A DNA stretch of 51,566 nt from positions 1-51,566 of the forward strand of contig JAVBNQ010000009.1 in the NCBI GenBank assembly GCA_031551405.1, given 5' to 3'. The translations under genes and the position numbers were made by a program. The notes under the pieces are model-generated. The model did not search any database and was not told the DNA's origin. It was given only the letters and a program-made list of their open reading frames with translations. Origin of the DNA: a bacterium. GTDB lineage: Bacteria; RUG730. Positions 8,200-17,655 of this stretch are shown one piece after another (the stretch's first letter is position 1; each line of letters opens with the position of its first letter).

Positions 8200-9387
8200 T
8201 TAAATTAAATGTCCCATTCTATTTTTTTTTGTATCGAGATATTTTTTATTTTTCTCATTCGGATTAACTAAAATTGGAATTCTATCGACGATATTTAAAC
8301 CATATCCGTTTAATCCAACTATTTTTTTTGGATTGTTTGTCAACAGTTTTATATTTTTCACGCCGATACATTTTAAAATCTGCGCGCCAATTCCATAGTC
8401 CCGCAAATCTTCCTTAAATCCGAGAGCAATATTCGCTTCAACAGTATCGAGCCCCTCATCCTGCAAATTATACGCTTTAATTTTATTTCCAAGCCCAATT
8501 CCTCGACCTTCCTGGTTCAAATAGACCAAAACGCCACCGTTTGAATTAATCATCTCAAGCGTTTTGTGGAGCTGGTTCCTACAATCACACCTCAACGAAC
8601 CCAGCAAATCTCCGGTAAAGCACGACGAATGCACTCTGACCAAAGTATTTTCCTCTGACTTTATTTCGCCTTTTATGAGAGCAACGTGCTCAGAATTATC
8701 GATTTTGTTTTTAAAAATTTTGATAATAAATTCACCAAATTCCGTTGGTAAATTTGCAGCCGCGACTTCTTCGACTAGCATTTCCTGATTTTGCCGATAT
8801 TTGATGAGATCGACGATGGTGATAATTTTCAAACCGTGTTTTTCGCTAAACTTCAAGAGATCCGGGAGCCGCGCCATCGAACCGTCGTCGTTTAAAATTT
8901 CGCAGATTACGCCGGAAGGTTCGAGGCCACTCAGCCTAGCCAAATCCACACTCGCTTCCGTGTGACCGGCTCTGACGAGAATACCGCCTTTTTTGTAAAT
9001 CAAAGGGAAAATATGCCCGGGCCTAGTAAAATCATCTTTTTTTGAATTTTTCGAAATCAAAGCTTCGACTGTCTTCGCTCTGTCAAAAGCCGAAATCCCG
9101 GTTGTTGTTCCGATTTTATAATCAACGGAAACTGTGAATGCTGTTTGTTTAGCGTCAGTATTTTTCGTTACCATCGGAAAAATTTCAAGCTCCGACAATT
9201 TTTCTTCTTCCATCGACACGCAAACCAAACCGCGACCATACTTCGTCATAAAATTGATAATTTCCGGACTAATCTTACTCGCAGCACAAACCAAATCTCC
9301 CTCGTTTTCGCGGTCCTCGTCATCGATAATTATTACCATTTTACCATTTTTTATGTCTTGAATCGCTTCTGAAATCGTACTTATCAT
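8200..9387 (-). CDS. ribBA: Bifunctional DHBP synthase / GTP cyclohydrolase II
   Basis: DDEDRENEGD, TTGISAFDR, RPGHIFPL, RAGHTEA, VRVHSSCFTGD, RCDC, QEGRGIGL, LTNNPKK. Confidence 0.97.
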   Translation of the reverse strand: MISTISEAIQDIKNGKMVIIIDDEDRENEGDLVCAASKISPEIINFMTKYGRGLVCVSMEEEKLSELEIFPMVTKNTDAKQTAFTVSVDYKIGTTTGISAFDRAKTVEALISKNSKKDDFTRPGHIFPLIYKKGGILVRAGHTEASVDLARLSGLEPSGVICEILNDDGSMARLPDLLKFSEKHGLKIITIVDLIKYRQNQEMLVEEVAAANLPTEFGEFIIKIFKNKIDNSEHVALIKGEIKSEENTLVRVHSSCFTGDLLGSLRCDCRNQLHKTLEMINSNGGVLVYLNQEGRGIGLGNKIKAYNLQDEGLDTVEANIALGFKEDLRDYGIGAQILKCIGVKNIKLLTNNPKKIVGLNGYGLNIVDRIPILVNPNEKNKKYLDTKKNRMGHLI

Positions 9388-9389
9388 TT

Positions 9390-10007
9390 TTATAAAAATC
9401 CCTCATTTTGTAGTAAATTCAAAAAATTTTGATTACCGGAGTTTTTTCGATTCACTAAATTTTTGAGCAAAAAATCCGTCTCAAGATTCAAAAAATCGCC
9501 AATTTTCCTGCACTTTAAATTTGTATTTAACCAGGTCTCCGGAATAACTGAAACGCTAAAATTATTCGAACTTTTTTTAGTAACAGTTAGACTTATTCCG
9601 TCGAGAGCAATCGAGCCTTTTGCGACAATGTTTTCGAGAATATTTTTTTCCGATACTAAAATTTTGAGAATCTTCGCATTATCTTTGCTTTTGATTTCCA
9701 TTAATTTCCCGACGGTTTCAACGTGTCCTTGGACAATATGCCCGCCCAGCCTGGAATCGATTTTGAGCGCACGTTCAAGATTTACAAAATCGCCTGTTTT
9801 CAAACGTTTTAAATTCGTAGACAAAAATGTTGCGGGCATTACGTCAAACTTCAAACAATCACGAGTAATTTGCGTAATTGTCAAGCAAACGCCATTTACA
9901 GCCACGCTATCTCCAATTTTCACATCTTGAAATTTGGATTCAATCGACAAAAAATTCTTGCCTTTTTGTTTGATGCGCCCCAAATCCTCGATCAATCCTG
10001 TAAACAT
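9390..10007 (-). CDS. ribE: Riboflavin synthase (alpha chain)
   Basis: MFTGLIE, GDSVAVNGVCLT, VNLERAL, GGHIVQGHV, KGSIALDGISLTV. Confidence 0.96.
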   Translation of the reverse strand: MFTGLIEDLGRIKQKGKNFLSIESKFQDVKIGDSVAVNGVCLTITQITRDCLKFDVMPATFLSTNLKRLKTGDFVNLERALKIDSRLGGHIVQGHVETVGKLMEIKSKDNAKILKILVSEKNILENIVAKGSIALDGISLTVTKKSSNNFSVSVIPETWLNTNLKCRKIGDFLNLETDFLLKNLVNRKNSGNQNFLNLLQNEGFL

Positions 10008-10022
10008 TTTCCCTCGATTTTT

Positions 10023-10472
10023 TTATTTTGACTGAAATAATTTGAAAAAAAATTCGTTAATTTTCGCAGCGTCTTCTTCCAAGATTCCAATCTCGACTCC
10101 AATCCCATTTTGCTTTAGTTTTAAAACGCCTTTGCCTGCAACTTTTGGATTCGGATCAATATTCGCGATAACGACTTTTTTTATACCGGATTCGATAATT
10201 TTGTCGACGCACGGCGGCGTTTTCCCAAAATGACAGCAAGGCTCTAAATTCACAAAAAGAATCGCACCAAAAAGTTTCGACTGATTTATGACAGAACTCA
10301 AAGCCTCGATCTCAGCGTGCGGTTTCCCGTAGCCGGAGTGAAAACCGTAGCCAATTATTTCTGAATTTTGAGAGACGATCACAGCTCCGACGAGAGGATT
10401 TGGATACGTCAAATCTTTGGCTTTTACAGCCAAGTCCAACGCCATCTGCATATAAAATTCATAATTTGTCAC
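10023..10472 (-). CDS. ribD: RibD pyrimidine deaminase domain only (no reductase domain)
   Basis: PNPLVGAVIV, HAE, LEPCCHFGKTPPC, DPNPKVAGKG; 149 aa, ending where the reductase domain would normally begin. Confidence 0.88.
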   Translation of the reverse strand: MTNYEFYMQMALDLAVKAKDLTYPNPLVGAVIVSQNSEIIGYGFHSGYGKPHAEIEALSSVINQSKLFGAILFVNLEPCCHFGKTPPCVDKIIESGIKKVVIANIDPNPKVAGKGVLKLKQNGIGVEIGILEEDAAKINEFFFKLFQSK

Positions 10473-10526
10473 CGGCTAACCCTTTTCCTAAAACTCGTTA
10501 AATTTAAATCTCGTATAAAGCTATTC

Positions 10527-13064
10527 TCAGTTAATCACAATTTTTTTTACGATTTTAGAACTTCCCATTTTAAAAATCAAATAATAAAGTCCTTTTTCCA
10601 AAGTTTTATTTTGATCATTCTTTCCGTTCCAATCTAACTCATACGAACCACGAGTTTTGTATCCATCAACTAATTTTTTCAGGATTTTTCCGTCGCCGCC
10701 AGAAATAAAAATTTTCAAATCTCCGTCAGTTTTTACATTGAAAACGATTTTTGAAGTCCCGCCTTTTTTGAACGGATTCGGGTAATTATGAATATCGTCT
10801 TTTGAAACATTCAAATTGTAATTTACAAGTTTTATATCTACAGAATTATCTTTTCCATTTTCTAAAATATACGAAATTTCTTGGGATTGAAAACCATTTT
10901 TCTCAACTGTAATTTTAATTTTTTGCCCGGTTGCAGCAGCCAAATTCATCTCGAAAACCCCGACAGAATTTGTAATTCCCGTCACTACTTGTGTCGAGCT
11001 AAAAATCTTCAAATTTGCTCCGTCGACAATATTTCCAGTCTGATCTTTTACCGAACATCTAAGCGTTCCAAACCCGGATATTACTTCGCTGGCAACATTA
11101 AAAAATCTATCAAATTGACTCGAATTTTTACTTTTGTAAACATAATCTTGAATCCCATCGCCATCAACATCAAAAAGCCAAACTTCCGAAACAAAATCTT
11201 CGTCCAAAATCCAAACATGCGTCGGAAAAATTTGTTGTTGCGTTTGATTCAAGCTAAAAAAAACAAGATTATTTTTTGCCTTGATAAGCCTCGAAATCGG
11301 CGCAAAATTATCGATTAAAGAACCGTTGGTAAAAAATTCAGCATACCCGTCAGAATCAATGTCTTTTTGGTAATCCGAAACCGTCATTTCTACAGCTTGA
11401 GAAATGCTTGTACTCCACCCGAAAGTAGAATTTTGGGCCTGAATATAACGAGTGTAAGACTTCCCAACCTCGAGGTTTGTCTCCAAATAAAACGTAGTAT
11501 TTGCCGGAAGCTGCGATATGAAATTCATATTTTCGTCATAAAAATTAATTTTTGTTGCTCTGGACGTGTTATTTTGCCAAGTCCAGACAATCGACGAGCG
11601 CGTTTTTTCGCTACTCCTAAAATTCGTGATATTTTTCAAACCATTACTTTTCACAGAAGTTGTCGTTAAAAAGTCAGAGTTTTGAAATCCGTCGTAAGTT
11701 CTAAAATTCACGAAATAATCCGTCTCTACCTCCGTCACTAAAAACTCAAAATTCTCCGCTAAACCTTTAATCCCGGGAGTTATCGAATTTGAGATGAGAG
11801 CGACTAAGCTCCAAGTTTTCGTGTCAGGATAATTCGCCGGATTTTGGGTCGAAATAAAAATTTCGTAACTCGCTATTTTTTCTTGACCCGGCTCGTCTTC
11901 TACCGCATTCCAATTCAACAAAATTTTCATATTAGAAGGGTCAGGCGAACTCACATTAAAGTTTTGCACATTTGGAGGCGGGATTGTGTCGATTTTTACA
12001 GTATATTGCGATGTCGCAAAATTGTTCAAAGTATCTTTGAGCAAAATGACGATTTTATTCGCTTCAAACGACGACACGAAATTCAACGTATTCGTCGATA
12101 AAATCAGAGCGTTCGCAGACTTTGAGCCATCTTGCGTCTGCGCTCCAAAATCCAGTCGTTCCCAATTATCCCAACTTACGCCTTGATCTCGACTAATTTT
12201 GTAAGCAGCGCTAAAGTAATTCGCGAGAATTTGTTCGTCAGAATATTTTGTGGAGCTAATTCTGAGCTCGTCAAAATTTCCCAAAAAACTGTCATTTGAA
12301 CTAAGACCTGTTCCGCAAACATTAAAATCATTTGAATTTGCTATCACTTTTCCATCGGAAGCCACAGAGTTATCGAGTTTTCCGTTTATAAAAATTTTCT
12401 TGGAATTCCCGTCAAAATTACAAGATACATAATACCATTCATTCGAGAGCCAAGTCCTTTTGGTTGATTTCAAAACCTTTTCACTATTCCCGTCGTAATT
12501 AATCCACTCTAAACTTCCGTCTGTTCCTAGCCGTAAACTCAAAATATGTTTCCCGATATCTAGGCCCTTGTAAACAAAATATTGCGGGGCACTTAAAGTT
12601 TGATTTATATTGGCTAAAGGCTTGAACCAAAACTCAATCGCGCCGGTTTGCAATTCTGCTCGCAAAATATTCGGATTTGTCAAATAATAATTTTCGTTCG
12701 AGATTATTTCCAGAGCCTTGCTAAAATTAGGATTTGAATTAGCTACTACGGAAATCCCGCCATTTTTAAGAACCAGTTGTGCACTATTTTTTGCGTCTTC
12801 GAAAAATTCATTTGTTAGAATTAAATTACTTTTTTCGTCGAAATGCCATAAAGCCAAGACATCAGCATTAACAGTAAGCGCGTGCGGCTTCGTCGCAATT
12901 CCATTTATAGAATCGATTACCTCAAAATTTACAACCGGGTTTTGCTTGTTCGTTTTTTTTGTCAAATCTTTGCCGTCGATCTCAACATTCGTCACAGTCA
13001 ACGCTTCGAGCGAAAATTGTAAACTTAAGGCAAAAATTGAGAAAAATAAAAAATTTTTAAGCAT
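10527..13064 (-). CDS. Secreted multidomain protein: LamG/ConA-like domain, Fn3-like repeats, carboxypeptidase-regulatory-like Ig domain, C-terminal FlgD-Ig/T9SS-like tail
   Basis: Signal peptide MLKNFLFFSIFALSLQFSLEA; ALWHFDE, IEFWFKP, IFINGKL, FLGNFDELRIS (LamG); DTIPPPNV...LNWNA (Fn3); HNYPNPF...WNGKNDQNKTLEKGLYYL tail. Start moved to ATG at 13064. Confidence 0.75.
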   Translation of the reverse strand: MLKNFLFFSIFALSLQFSLEALTVTNVEIDGKDLTKKTNKQNPVVNFEVIDSINGIATKPHALTVNADVLALWHFDEKSNLILTNEFFEDAKNSAQLVLKNGGISVVANSNPNFSKALEIISNENYYLTNPNILRAELQTGAIEFWFKPLANINQTLSAPQYFVYKGLDIGKHILSLRLGTDGSLEWINYDGNSEKVLKSTKRTWLSNEWYYVSCNFDGNSKKIFINGKLDNSVASDGKVIANSNDFNVCGTGLSSNDSFLGNFDELRISSTKYSDEQILANYFSAAYKISRDQGVSWDNWERLDFGAQTQDGSKSANALILSTNTLNFVSSFEANKIVILLKDTLNNFATSQYTVKIDTIPPPNVQNFNVSSPDPSNMKILLNWNAVEDEPGQEKIASYEIFISTQNPANYPDTKTWSLVALISNSITPGIKGLAENFEFLVTEVETDYFVNFRTYDGFQNSDFLTTTSVKSNGLKNITNFRSSEKTRSSIVWTWQNNTSRATKINFYDENMNFISQLPANTTFYLETNLEVGKSYTRYIQAQNSTFGWSTSISQAVEMTVSDYQKDIDSDGYAEFFTNGSLIDNFAPISRLIKAKNNLVFFSLNQTQQQIFPTHVWILDEDFVSEVWLFDVDGDGIQDYVYKSKNSSQFDRFFNVASEVISGFGTLRCSVKDQTGNIVDGANLKIFSSTQVVTGITNSVGVFEMNLAAATGQKIKITVEKNGFQSQEISYILENGKDNSVDIKLVNYNLNVSKDDIHNYPNPFKKGGTSKIVFNVKTDGDLKIFISGGDGKILKKLVDGYKTRGSYELDWNGKNDQNKTLEKGLYYLIFKMGSSKIVKKIVIN

Positions 13065-13497
13065 ATTTTGTTTTTTCCAAAATTTTCTCGATGATGTTTT
13101 TACACTTTTTTGATTCAAATTTTATGGTTTTTATACTTCCGGTCGAATTTTTTTCTTCTCGCGTTAGATAAAAATCAAATTTCAACATTTCAAAAAGTCG
13201 CGTAAAATCGTCGTTTTCAAGTTGAATTATATAATCAATCATCTCCAATCCTTCCAAAATTTGCAATCTGTCGTTAAATGATAAAAGCGGAAAATCTAGA
13301 TTTTTTTTGCTAAATTTTATAAATTCGTCAGAGTAAAGTCCGACGATTGTAACATCAGCAAATTTTTTCGTTTCTCTCAAATACCGAATGTCGCAAACAT
13401 TCAAAACGTCAAAATCTCCCGTCGCCAAAATTGTTTTTTTATAATTTTCCGCTTTCAAAATATTTTGTAATTCTTCGATAGTTTTAAATTTTTTCAT
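13057..13497 (-). CDS. Cytidylyltransferase-like (RfaE/HldE domain II) protein with degenerate HxGH motif
   Basis: ATGDFDVLNVCDIRYL (canonical NGCFDxLHxGHxRYL), IVGLYSDE, DRLQILEGLEMIDYI. Confidence 0.7.
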   Translation of the reverse strand: MKKFKTIEELQNILKAENYKKTILATGDFDVLNVCDIRYLRETKKFADVTIVGLYSDEFIKFSKKNLDFPLLSFNDRLQILEGLEMIDYIIQLENDDFTRLFEMLKFDFYLTREEKNSTGSIKTIKFESKKCKNIIEKILEKTKYA

Positions 13498-13504
13498 TTT
13501 TTTC

Positions 13505-14593
13505 TCAAATTACGAACATACTGTCGCCGTAGCTATAAAATCTGTAATTTTTTGAAATCGCTTCAGCGTAAATTTTTTTCAAGATTTTGATGCTTTCACG
13601 ATTAGAATCCGGCACACTTTGCGAGTTCAACCAATCAGCCAAAAACGCGCAAACCAACATAAGCGGCGTCGAATTTGGAACGTGGAAGTTTGTGATTAGC
13701 CTGTTGATGAAAAATTTATGACCGGGATAAATATACAAATCCGTTTCCCCAATTTTTTGTTTTGAGATAAAAAAATTTTCCAGCGTTCTAGTTGAAGTTG
13801 TCCCGACACTTGTCAAAATTTTCTGTTTTTGCAAGAGCAAATCTGCAGTATCGTTACAAATTTCATATGCTTCAGCGAGCATTTTATGGTCTTCGATATT
13901 TTGAGTTTTTATCGGTTTAAAAGTTCCAATTCCAACGTGAAGCGTAATAAATTTCACTGCAGCGCCGGAATCTTTAATTTTTTGCAAAACATCAGTTGTA
14001 AAATGTAATCCTGCAGTCGGAGAAGCAATTGATCCAAGAGTGTTGGCATATATCGTTTGATAACGGATTTTGTCGTCATTGTTTTCGCCGGATATCGAAC
14101 GTTTTATGTACGGCGGAAGCGGCATTTTTCCAAATTTTTCTACAAAAACCTCGAGCTCTAACCTATCGCAATAAAATCGAAAAAGGCATAATTCTCCGCG
14201 TTTTTCCAAAAATTCAGCTCGCAAAATGTCGACTTCGCCTATAGAAAATTCGTCACCAATTTTGAGTTTTGATGACTTTACTAAAACCAAAAAATCCACA
14301 GAATTTTCTCTCGACGAAATTTCCTGAACCAAAACAATTTCAAAAAAAACTTGGCTTTTAATCTTTAAGCAAACGAGTTTTGCAGGCTTGACTTTCGAAT
14401 TATTCAAAATTAGCAAATCTTGACTCGAAAAATAATCCGAAATATCGCGAAACTTCTTGTGAGAAATCGAGTCTTTCGCGCGATCATAAATCAAAAGTTT
14501 TGATTCGTCTCTTTTTACCGACGGATGCTGCGCTATCAAAGTCTCAGGTAAATTGAACGCGTAGTCGTTCAAACTTCTTCCAAATCCGTCCAT
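13505..14593 (-). CDS. queA: S-adenosylmethionine:tRNA ribosyltransferase-isomerase
   Basis: LPETLIAQHP, MPLPPYI, YQTIYA, SPTAGLHF, TLHVGIGTFKP, VGTTSTR, TNFH, YRFYSYGDSM. Confidence 0.96.
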   Translation of the reverse strand: MDGFGRSLNDYAFNLPETLIAQHPSVKRDESKLLIYDRAKDSISHKKFRDISDYFSSQDLLILNNSKVKPAKLVCLKIKSQVFFEIVLVQEISSRENSVDFLVLVKSSKLKIGDEFSIGEVDILRAEFLEKRGELCLFRFYCDRLELEVFVEKFGKMPLPPYIKRSISGENNDDKIRYQTIYANTLGSIASPTAGLHFTTDVLQKIKDSGAAVKFITLHVGIGTFKPIKTQNIEDHKMLAEAYEICNDTADLLLQKQKILTSVGTTSTRTLENFFISKQKIGETDLYIYPGHKFFINRLITNFHVPNSTPLMLVCAFLADWLNSQSVPDSNRESIKILKKIYAEAISKNYRFYSYGDSMFVI

Positions 14594-15894
14594 TTTCTGA
14601 TCTCCGTACCTGGGAAATAGTGTTTGACTATCGCCTCACAAGAATAATTTTCCTCACTCATGCCTTTTGCGCCGTATTGGCACATGCCGACGCCGTGTCC
14701 GTTGCCAAAACCTTTGATGAAAATTCCGCCTTTTTTCTCGATAATCTCAAATTTTGTACTTTTCATTTTTGGAAGAAACATTTTTCTAAGGTCTGTACCG
14801 GAAATTGTTGTCGACGCATTATTCCAAAATAACGTGAGCTCTTTGACCCTGCCAGCTTTAGTAAATCTGCGCACTTTAACTTTCTTGATACTGCCAACTT
14901 TGCAGCCAGATCGTGTACAAACTCTCGTGAGTTCGTCATACGGAATTTGCATTTCCCACGTAAAAACAGGACAAGTTTTGCAAAAATTACACGTCCGTCC
15001 AAGAAGATACGGCATCTCCAAAGTCGTATTCCAAACATTTGCAATATTTTCAGTGTGCCCGCCGCAAGTGCTATGATAAAAAACATTCGCCAATTTGCCA
15101 TCATACGTCAAAACTTGACCAGCAGTTTCGTCTACAGCTTTGTTAATTGTTTCAGATTCTGCGCTGAGTCCGCCGTAAACTTGGCAGTCTACTGTATCGC
15201 AAAGCCCAAAATTCAACCCGTCTTTCTCGTGTTTTCGAATGTTTTTGATCGTGTAAGTTCGTGCAATAATTGCCTGAGCTTTTATGGATTCGATAGGCCA
15301 ACCTGATCCAATTTCTCGAACCACAACGCCGTATAAATATTTCTCGAGGTCAAGCTCGTTTATCACGTAAAATTTATTGTTTTTCACTCCGATATAACAA
15401 TTCTCGCGATATTTTTTATCGTTAAGAGTGAAAGTCTCGTTTCCAGTTTTTCCTTTTAAGTAAATCACATCGTCATAAATCTTTTGTTTCGCGATTACGA
15501 CTCTCTCACCGGAGTAAATTCCAAGCTTGTATTCGCCTCCGGAATTTAGTTCTCCTTTCAATTTTTTGCCAACGTAAATTTCATAATCTCCGTCGCAAAT
15601 CAATGTGATTGAATTAATCTTGAAAGTTTCGGTAATAGCAACTTTTACAGGATAATTCATGTCAAAAAATTGTCCTTTTTTAGATTTTTGAAGAGACTCA
15701 ATGTCGACTTTCAAGTCTTGAATTTTTACGCTTGAAGTTTTAGGTTTTGATTTTTGCTTTTTCGAAGATTTTTTAGTTTTTTTTAAAGCTTGCTCTGATT
15801 TTGGATGCGTTTTGTAATAAGACGGTGGCGGCATACATCCAATAAAAAATAACGTGAAACTAAAAATGAAAAAAATTTTTTTTGAAGCTTTCAT
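14569..15894 (-). CDS. SpoIID/LytB domain lipoprotein (lytic transglycosylase-like)
   Basis: Lipobox-like FFIGC then a Lys-rich linker; LEKYLYGVV, KAQAIIARTY, CDTVDCQVY, YHSTCGG, GNGHGVGMCQYGA. Confidence 0.9.
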   Translation of the reverse strand: MKASKKIFFIFSFTLFFIGCMPPPSYYKTHPKSEQALKKTKKSSKKQKSKPKTSSVKIQDLKVDIESLQKSKKGQFFDMNYPVKVAITETFKINSITLICDGDYEIYVGKKLKGELNSGGEYKLGIYSGERVVIAKQKIYDDVIYLKGKTGNETFTLNDKKYRENCYIGVKNNKFYVINELDLEKYLYGVVVREIGSGWPIESIKAQAIIARTYTIKNIRKHEKDGLNFGLCDTVDCQVYGGLSAESETINKAVDETAGQVLTYDGKLANVFYHSTCGGHTENIANVWNTTLEMPYLLGRTCNFCKTCPVFTWEMQIPYDELTRVCTRSGCKVGSIKKVKVRRFTKAGRVKELTLFWNNASTTISGTDLRKMFLPKMKSTKFEIIEKKGGIFIKGFGNGHGVGMCQYGAKGMSEENYSCEAIVKHYFPGTEIRKWTDLEEV

Positions 15895-16544
15895 TGATTA
15901 TTTTCTGCTGCAACAAATCCTTTCTGGCGAAGTAGACAGCTATCACAAACGCCACACGGCTTCTCGCCTCCATTATAACATGACCAAGTTTTTTCAAAAG
16001 GAACGTTCAATTTTTTTCCGAGTAAAATAATTTCTTTTTTACTCAAATTAAGAAGTGGAGCTTCTATTTTGAGACGATTTTTTGATAATCCTTGCTTCGT
16101 ACCTTTGTCGATGGCCATCTGAAAAGCGTCAATGAATTCAGGCCTACAATCCGGGTAACCGCTATAGTCAATGCTATTCGCTCCGATCAAAATCACATTC
16201 GCGCCCAATACTTCTGCAAAAGACGTCGCAATACTGAGGAATATTAAATTTCGAGCAGGAACATAAGTTGAAGGGATGGAACTTTCGTCTATTTTTCTAT
16301 TGATTGGAATTTCACCGGAATTGCTTAATAACGAACTGCCTTTCCACGAGAAATCTAATTTTACGATTTTGTAAGGTATGTTGCAAAGTGCAGCAATATT
16401 TTCAGCGCAATGTATTTCTTTGATGTGCCTCTGATCATAATCGAAAATTAGAGCAGTGACTTCATAATTTTCGTTTATAGCCCAATAAAGCGTTGTGGCA
16501 GAGTCAAGTCCGCCAGATAATAAAACTACAGCTTTTCTAGTCAT
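15891..16544 (-). CDS. queC: 7-cyano-7-deazaguanine synthase
   Basis: LLSGGLDS, YDQRH, TYVPARN, DYSGYPDCRPEF, TWSCY, CGVCDSC. Confidence 0.97.
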   Translation of the reverse strand: MTRKAVVLLSGGLDSATTLYWAINENYEVTALIFDYDQRHIKEIHCAENIAALCNIPYKIVKLDFSWKGSSLLSNSGEIPINRKIDESSIPSTYVPARNLIFLSIATSFAEVLGANVILIGANSIDYSGYPDCRPEFIDAFQMAIDKGTKQGLSKNRLKIEAPLLNLSKKEIILLGKKLNVPFEKTWSCYNGGEKPCGVCDSCLLRQKGFVAAENNQ

Positions 16545-16559
16545 TCTTTTGGATTAGAA

Positions 16560-17474
16560 CTATTTCGACTCTACAGGAGAGGTTGTTCCGATGATAAATG
16601 ATTCGCCGTTTATTTCAAAAACTTTGATGTATGTCTGCTTAATAACAGGAACCGGCGAATCTTTGATTTTGGACGGCCATGCTGTGAAGAGCCAGCCCTC
16701 TTTTTTCTCTTTTGCAATTTTTACCATGTCCTGGAAGATCAAGACGTCATTTAAATCTTTTTTTGTGGTAATATCAATCTTTTGCCCAAAATCGTCAAAA
16801 GTAGGATTTGCAAGCTCGTCTCCCTTTTCGTTTGTAACAAAAACAAAAGTGTCTTTGTACCAATATTTTTCAGCTTTTGATTTGATAATTTCCAAACCTT
16901 TTTGCTTGCCTTGAGTTTGCAATAGTTTCCCTGCGTCTTCTACCGCGTCGATCATAAATGCTTTTTCCATTTTCAAATTGTGCATTCCGATTCCGACTAC
17001 ATATTCCATTTTACTAGGGCTTATTACTGCTACAACATAGGTAGTTTTCCATGTAGTTTGCCCAGTCGTAGGATCAGGCCATAAATAATGATACCAACCG
17101 CTCGATTTATTTTTTCCGTATCTGTAAACTTCTCGGATGTAATCTCTAACAACATATTTGCCCCACTTATCCTGCATATCAAGTATATTTTTTCCTTCGA
17201 GAGCTGGAAGAACAGGATTCACTACTTCAATTCCTGAAATATCATCTACAAAAATGTATAAATTTTTGTTATACCAGATAGAGTTTTTGACTCGGAACAT
17301 ATCAAACGCAGTTTCACCTTTTATCTCTATCAACTCAGCTGCGGCATTCACAAGTTTAACAATCTGCTTTGTATCTCGGAAGTCAAGCTTCTCTTTTAAT
17401 CTATTTTTTGCAAAGCAATTCAAAGAAATTAAAAAAATAAATAAAACAAACAAAAAAATTCTAAAATTATTCAT
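16560..17474 (-). CDS. Stand-alone exported protein with two Cache-like sensor domains
   Basis: True start is ATG 17474 after a GAGGGAG SD (the ORF-track extension runs through tRNA-Ala). Signal peptide, then two repeats (V/E..A..L...G; YIFV/FVFV; D..G; GW..Y/AWP). No output domain. Confidence 0.8.
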   Translation of the reverse strand: MNNFRIFLFVLFIFLISLNCFAKNRLKEKLDFRDTKQIVKLVNAAAELIEIKGETAFDMFRVKNSIWYNKNLYIFVDDISGIEVVNPVLPALEGKNILDMQDKWGKYVVRDYIREVYRYGKNKSSGWYHYLWPDPTTGQTTWKTTYVVAVISPSKMEYVVGIGMHNLKMEKAFMIDAVEDAGKLLQTQGKQKGLEIIKSKAEKYWYKDTFVFVTNEKGDELANPTFDDFGQKIDITTKKDLNDVLIFQDMVKIAKEKKEGWLFTAWPSKIKDSPVPVIKQTYIKVFEINGESFIIGTTSPVESK

Positions 17475-17499
17475 AAACTCCCTCTTAAGAAAAAGATTT

Positions 17500-17572
17500 T
17501 GGAGGCGAGGAGGATCGAACTCCTGACCCCAAGACTGCCAGCCTTGTGCTCTCCCAGCTGAGCTACGCCCCC
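17500..17572 (-). tRNA. tRNA-Ala(GGC)
   Basis: Reverse complement GGGGGCGTAGCTCAGCTGGGAGAGCACAAGGCTGGCAGTCTTGGGGTCAGGAGTTCGATCCTCCTCGCCTCCA; G3:U70 pair; CCA not encoded. Confidence 0.97.
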
Positions 17573-17582
17573 ATAAAAACTT

Positions 17583-17636
17583 TTGCAAAATTTCATAAAA
17601 TTTATATAATTTAGCCATTTAATTGAATTCAGTCAA
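17583..17636. promoter_or_regulatory. Overlapping divergent promoters (tRNA-Ala operon and hldD operon)
   Basis: Minus strand TTGACT-17-TAAATT (17636-17608); plus strand TTGCAA-16-TATAAT (17583-17610). Confidence 0.5.
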
Positions 17637-17655
17637 GAAATTTTGGGGGTATAAT

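Noticed and set aside
10473-10526. Possible FMN riboswitch upstream of ribD
   Set aside because: Gap is only ~54 nt with no RFN consensus
16545-16559. Possible preQ1 riboswitch upstream of queC
   Set aside because: Gap is only 15 nt
17475-17618. 48-aa N-terminal extension of the Cache protein in the ORF track
   Set aside because: It runs through tRNA-Ala; the real start is ATG 17474 with a good SD
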